A stretch of 61,975 nt of DNA, filler included, from Clostridiaceae bacterium (GTDB taxonomy: Bacteria > Bacillota > Clostridia > CAYPLH01 > DUMO01), in the NCBI GenBank assembly GCA_012839865.1. It is 8 parts of 8 records of this genome, joined end to end, with 100 filler letters (N's around TTAATTAATTAA, not from the genome) between each part and the next. Parts side by side here need not be neighbours in the genome. Positions count along the whole stretch, not along the records: positions 60,441 to 61,975 come from DUMO01000060.1; 7 more parts are not named here. The stretch is one strand, 5' to 3'. Below the pieces are notes generated by a model. It ran no database searches. It was not told the DNA's origin and worked only from the letters and a program-made list of their open reading frames with translations. Position numbers and translations under genes: made by a program. How positions within the stretch are numbered: position 1 is the first letter of the stretch; each line of letters begins with the position of its first letter. Shown here one piece after another: positions 61,716 through 61,975 of this stretch.

Positions 61716-61975
61716 TTGAAAGTAGGAGCAATCCTTGAATATATAAGTTATTGTGGTTAGCAAAAACAAAAAGTATGGATTAATTCTGATTATATGATAG
61801 ATATTCCGGAATATAGAAGTGATGAAGGCACTTTAGGATTAAGTGGGATGTAAATGTCAATAAAAATTCAGGCCAGTTACCGGAGTAAAATTAGGCCACC
61901 AATTCATAAAAAATTAACCAACATCTGATTGCTTTGAAAGAGCCTGCTTTAACCTGTAGCTTTCCCCGTTAATGT

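Overview
Draft-assembly window from a Clostridia-class Firmicute; gene content resembles Acetivibrio/Hungateiclostridium-like organisms. It consists of eight contig pieces joined by seven artificial 100-bp linkers (N44-TTAATTAATTAA-N44), so adjacency across linkers is not biological. Piece 1 (1-15180) is a co-directional nitrogen/purine/cell-wall cluster: murT-gatD, purC-purB-purA'/'purF-guaA, glnA, an ANTAR pseudo-receiver regulator, gdhA and a half-size DapF-like gene. The best candidate novel system is here. Three sigmaA promoters (murT, purC, gdhA) each begin with one ANTAR-type hexaloop hairpin (loop AAnGGy) overlapping the 5' arm of an intrinsic terminator. This suggests a single-hairpin ANTAR regulon covering peptidoglycan amidation, purine synthesis and GDH. 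Pieces 2 and 4 overlap by exactly 127 bp and rebuild a locus of two tandem S-layer genes, loaP, a wHTH regulator and an O-antigen-ligase-like gene, with a repeated TGTTCA-N5-TGAACA operator. Other notable items: a 64-65 bp repeat array that supplies the purA start, a cloverleaf antisense sRNA between two convergent promoters, a half tRNA-Ser next to an intact one, a TnpB 3' end with its omegaRNA region, a collapsed prophage remnant, and about ten deletion/fusion scars. Those scars may be genome decay or chimeric assembly. All family calls come from recognising motifs by eye; no database searches were run.
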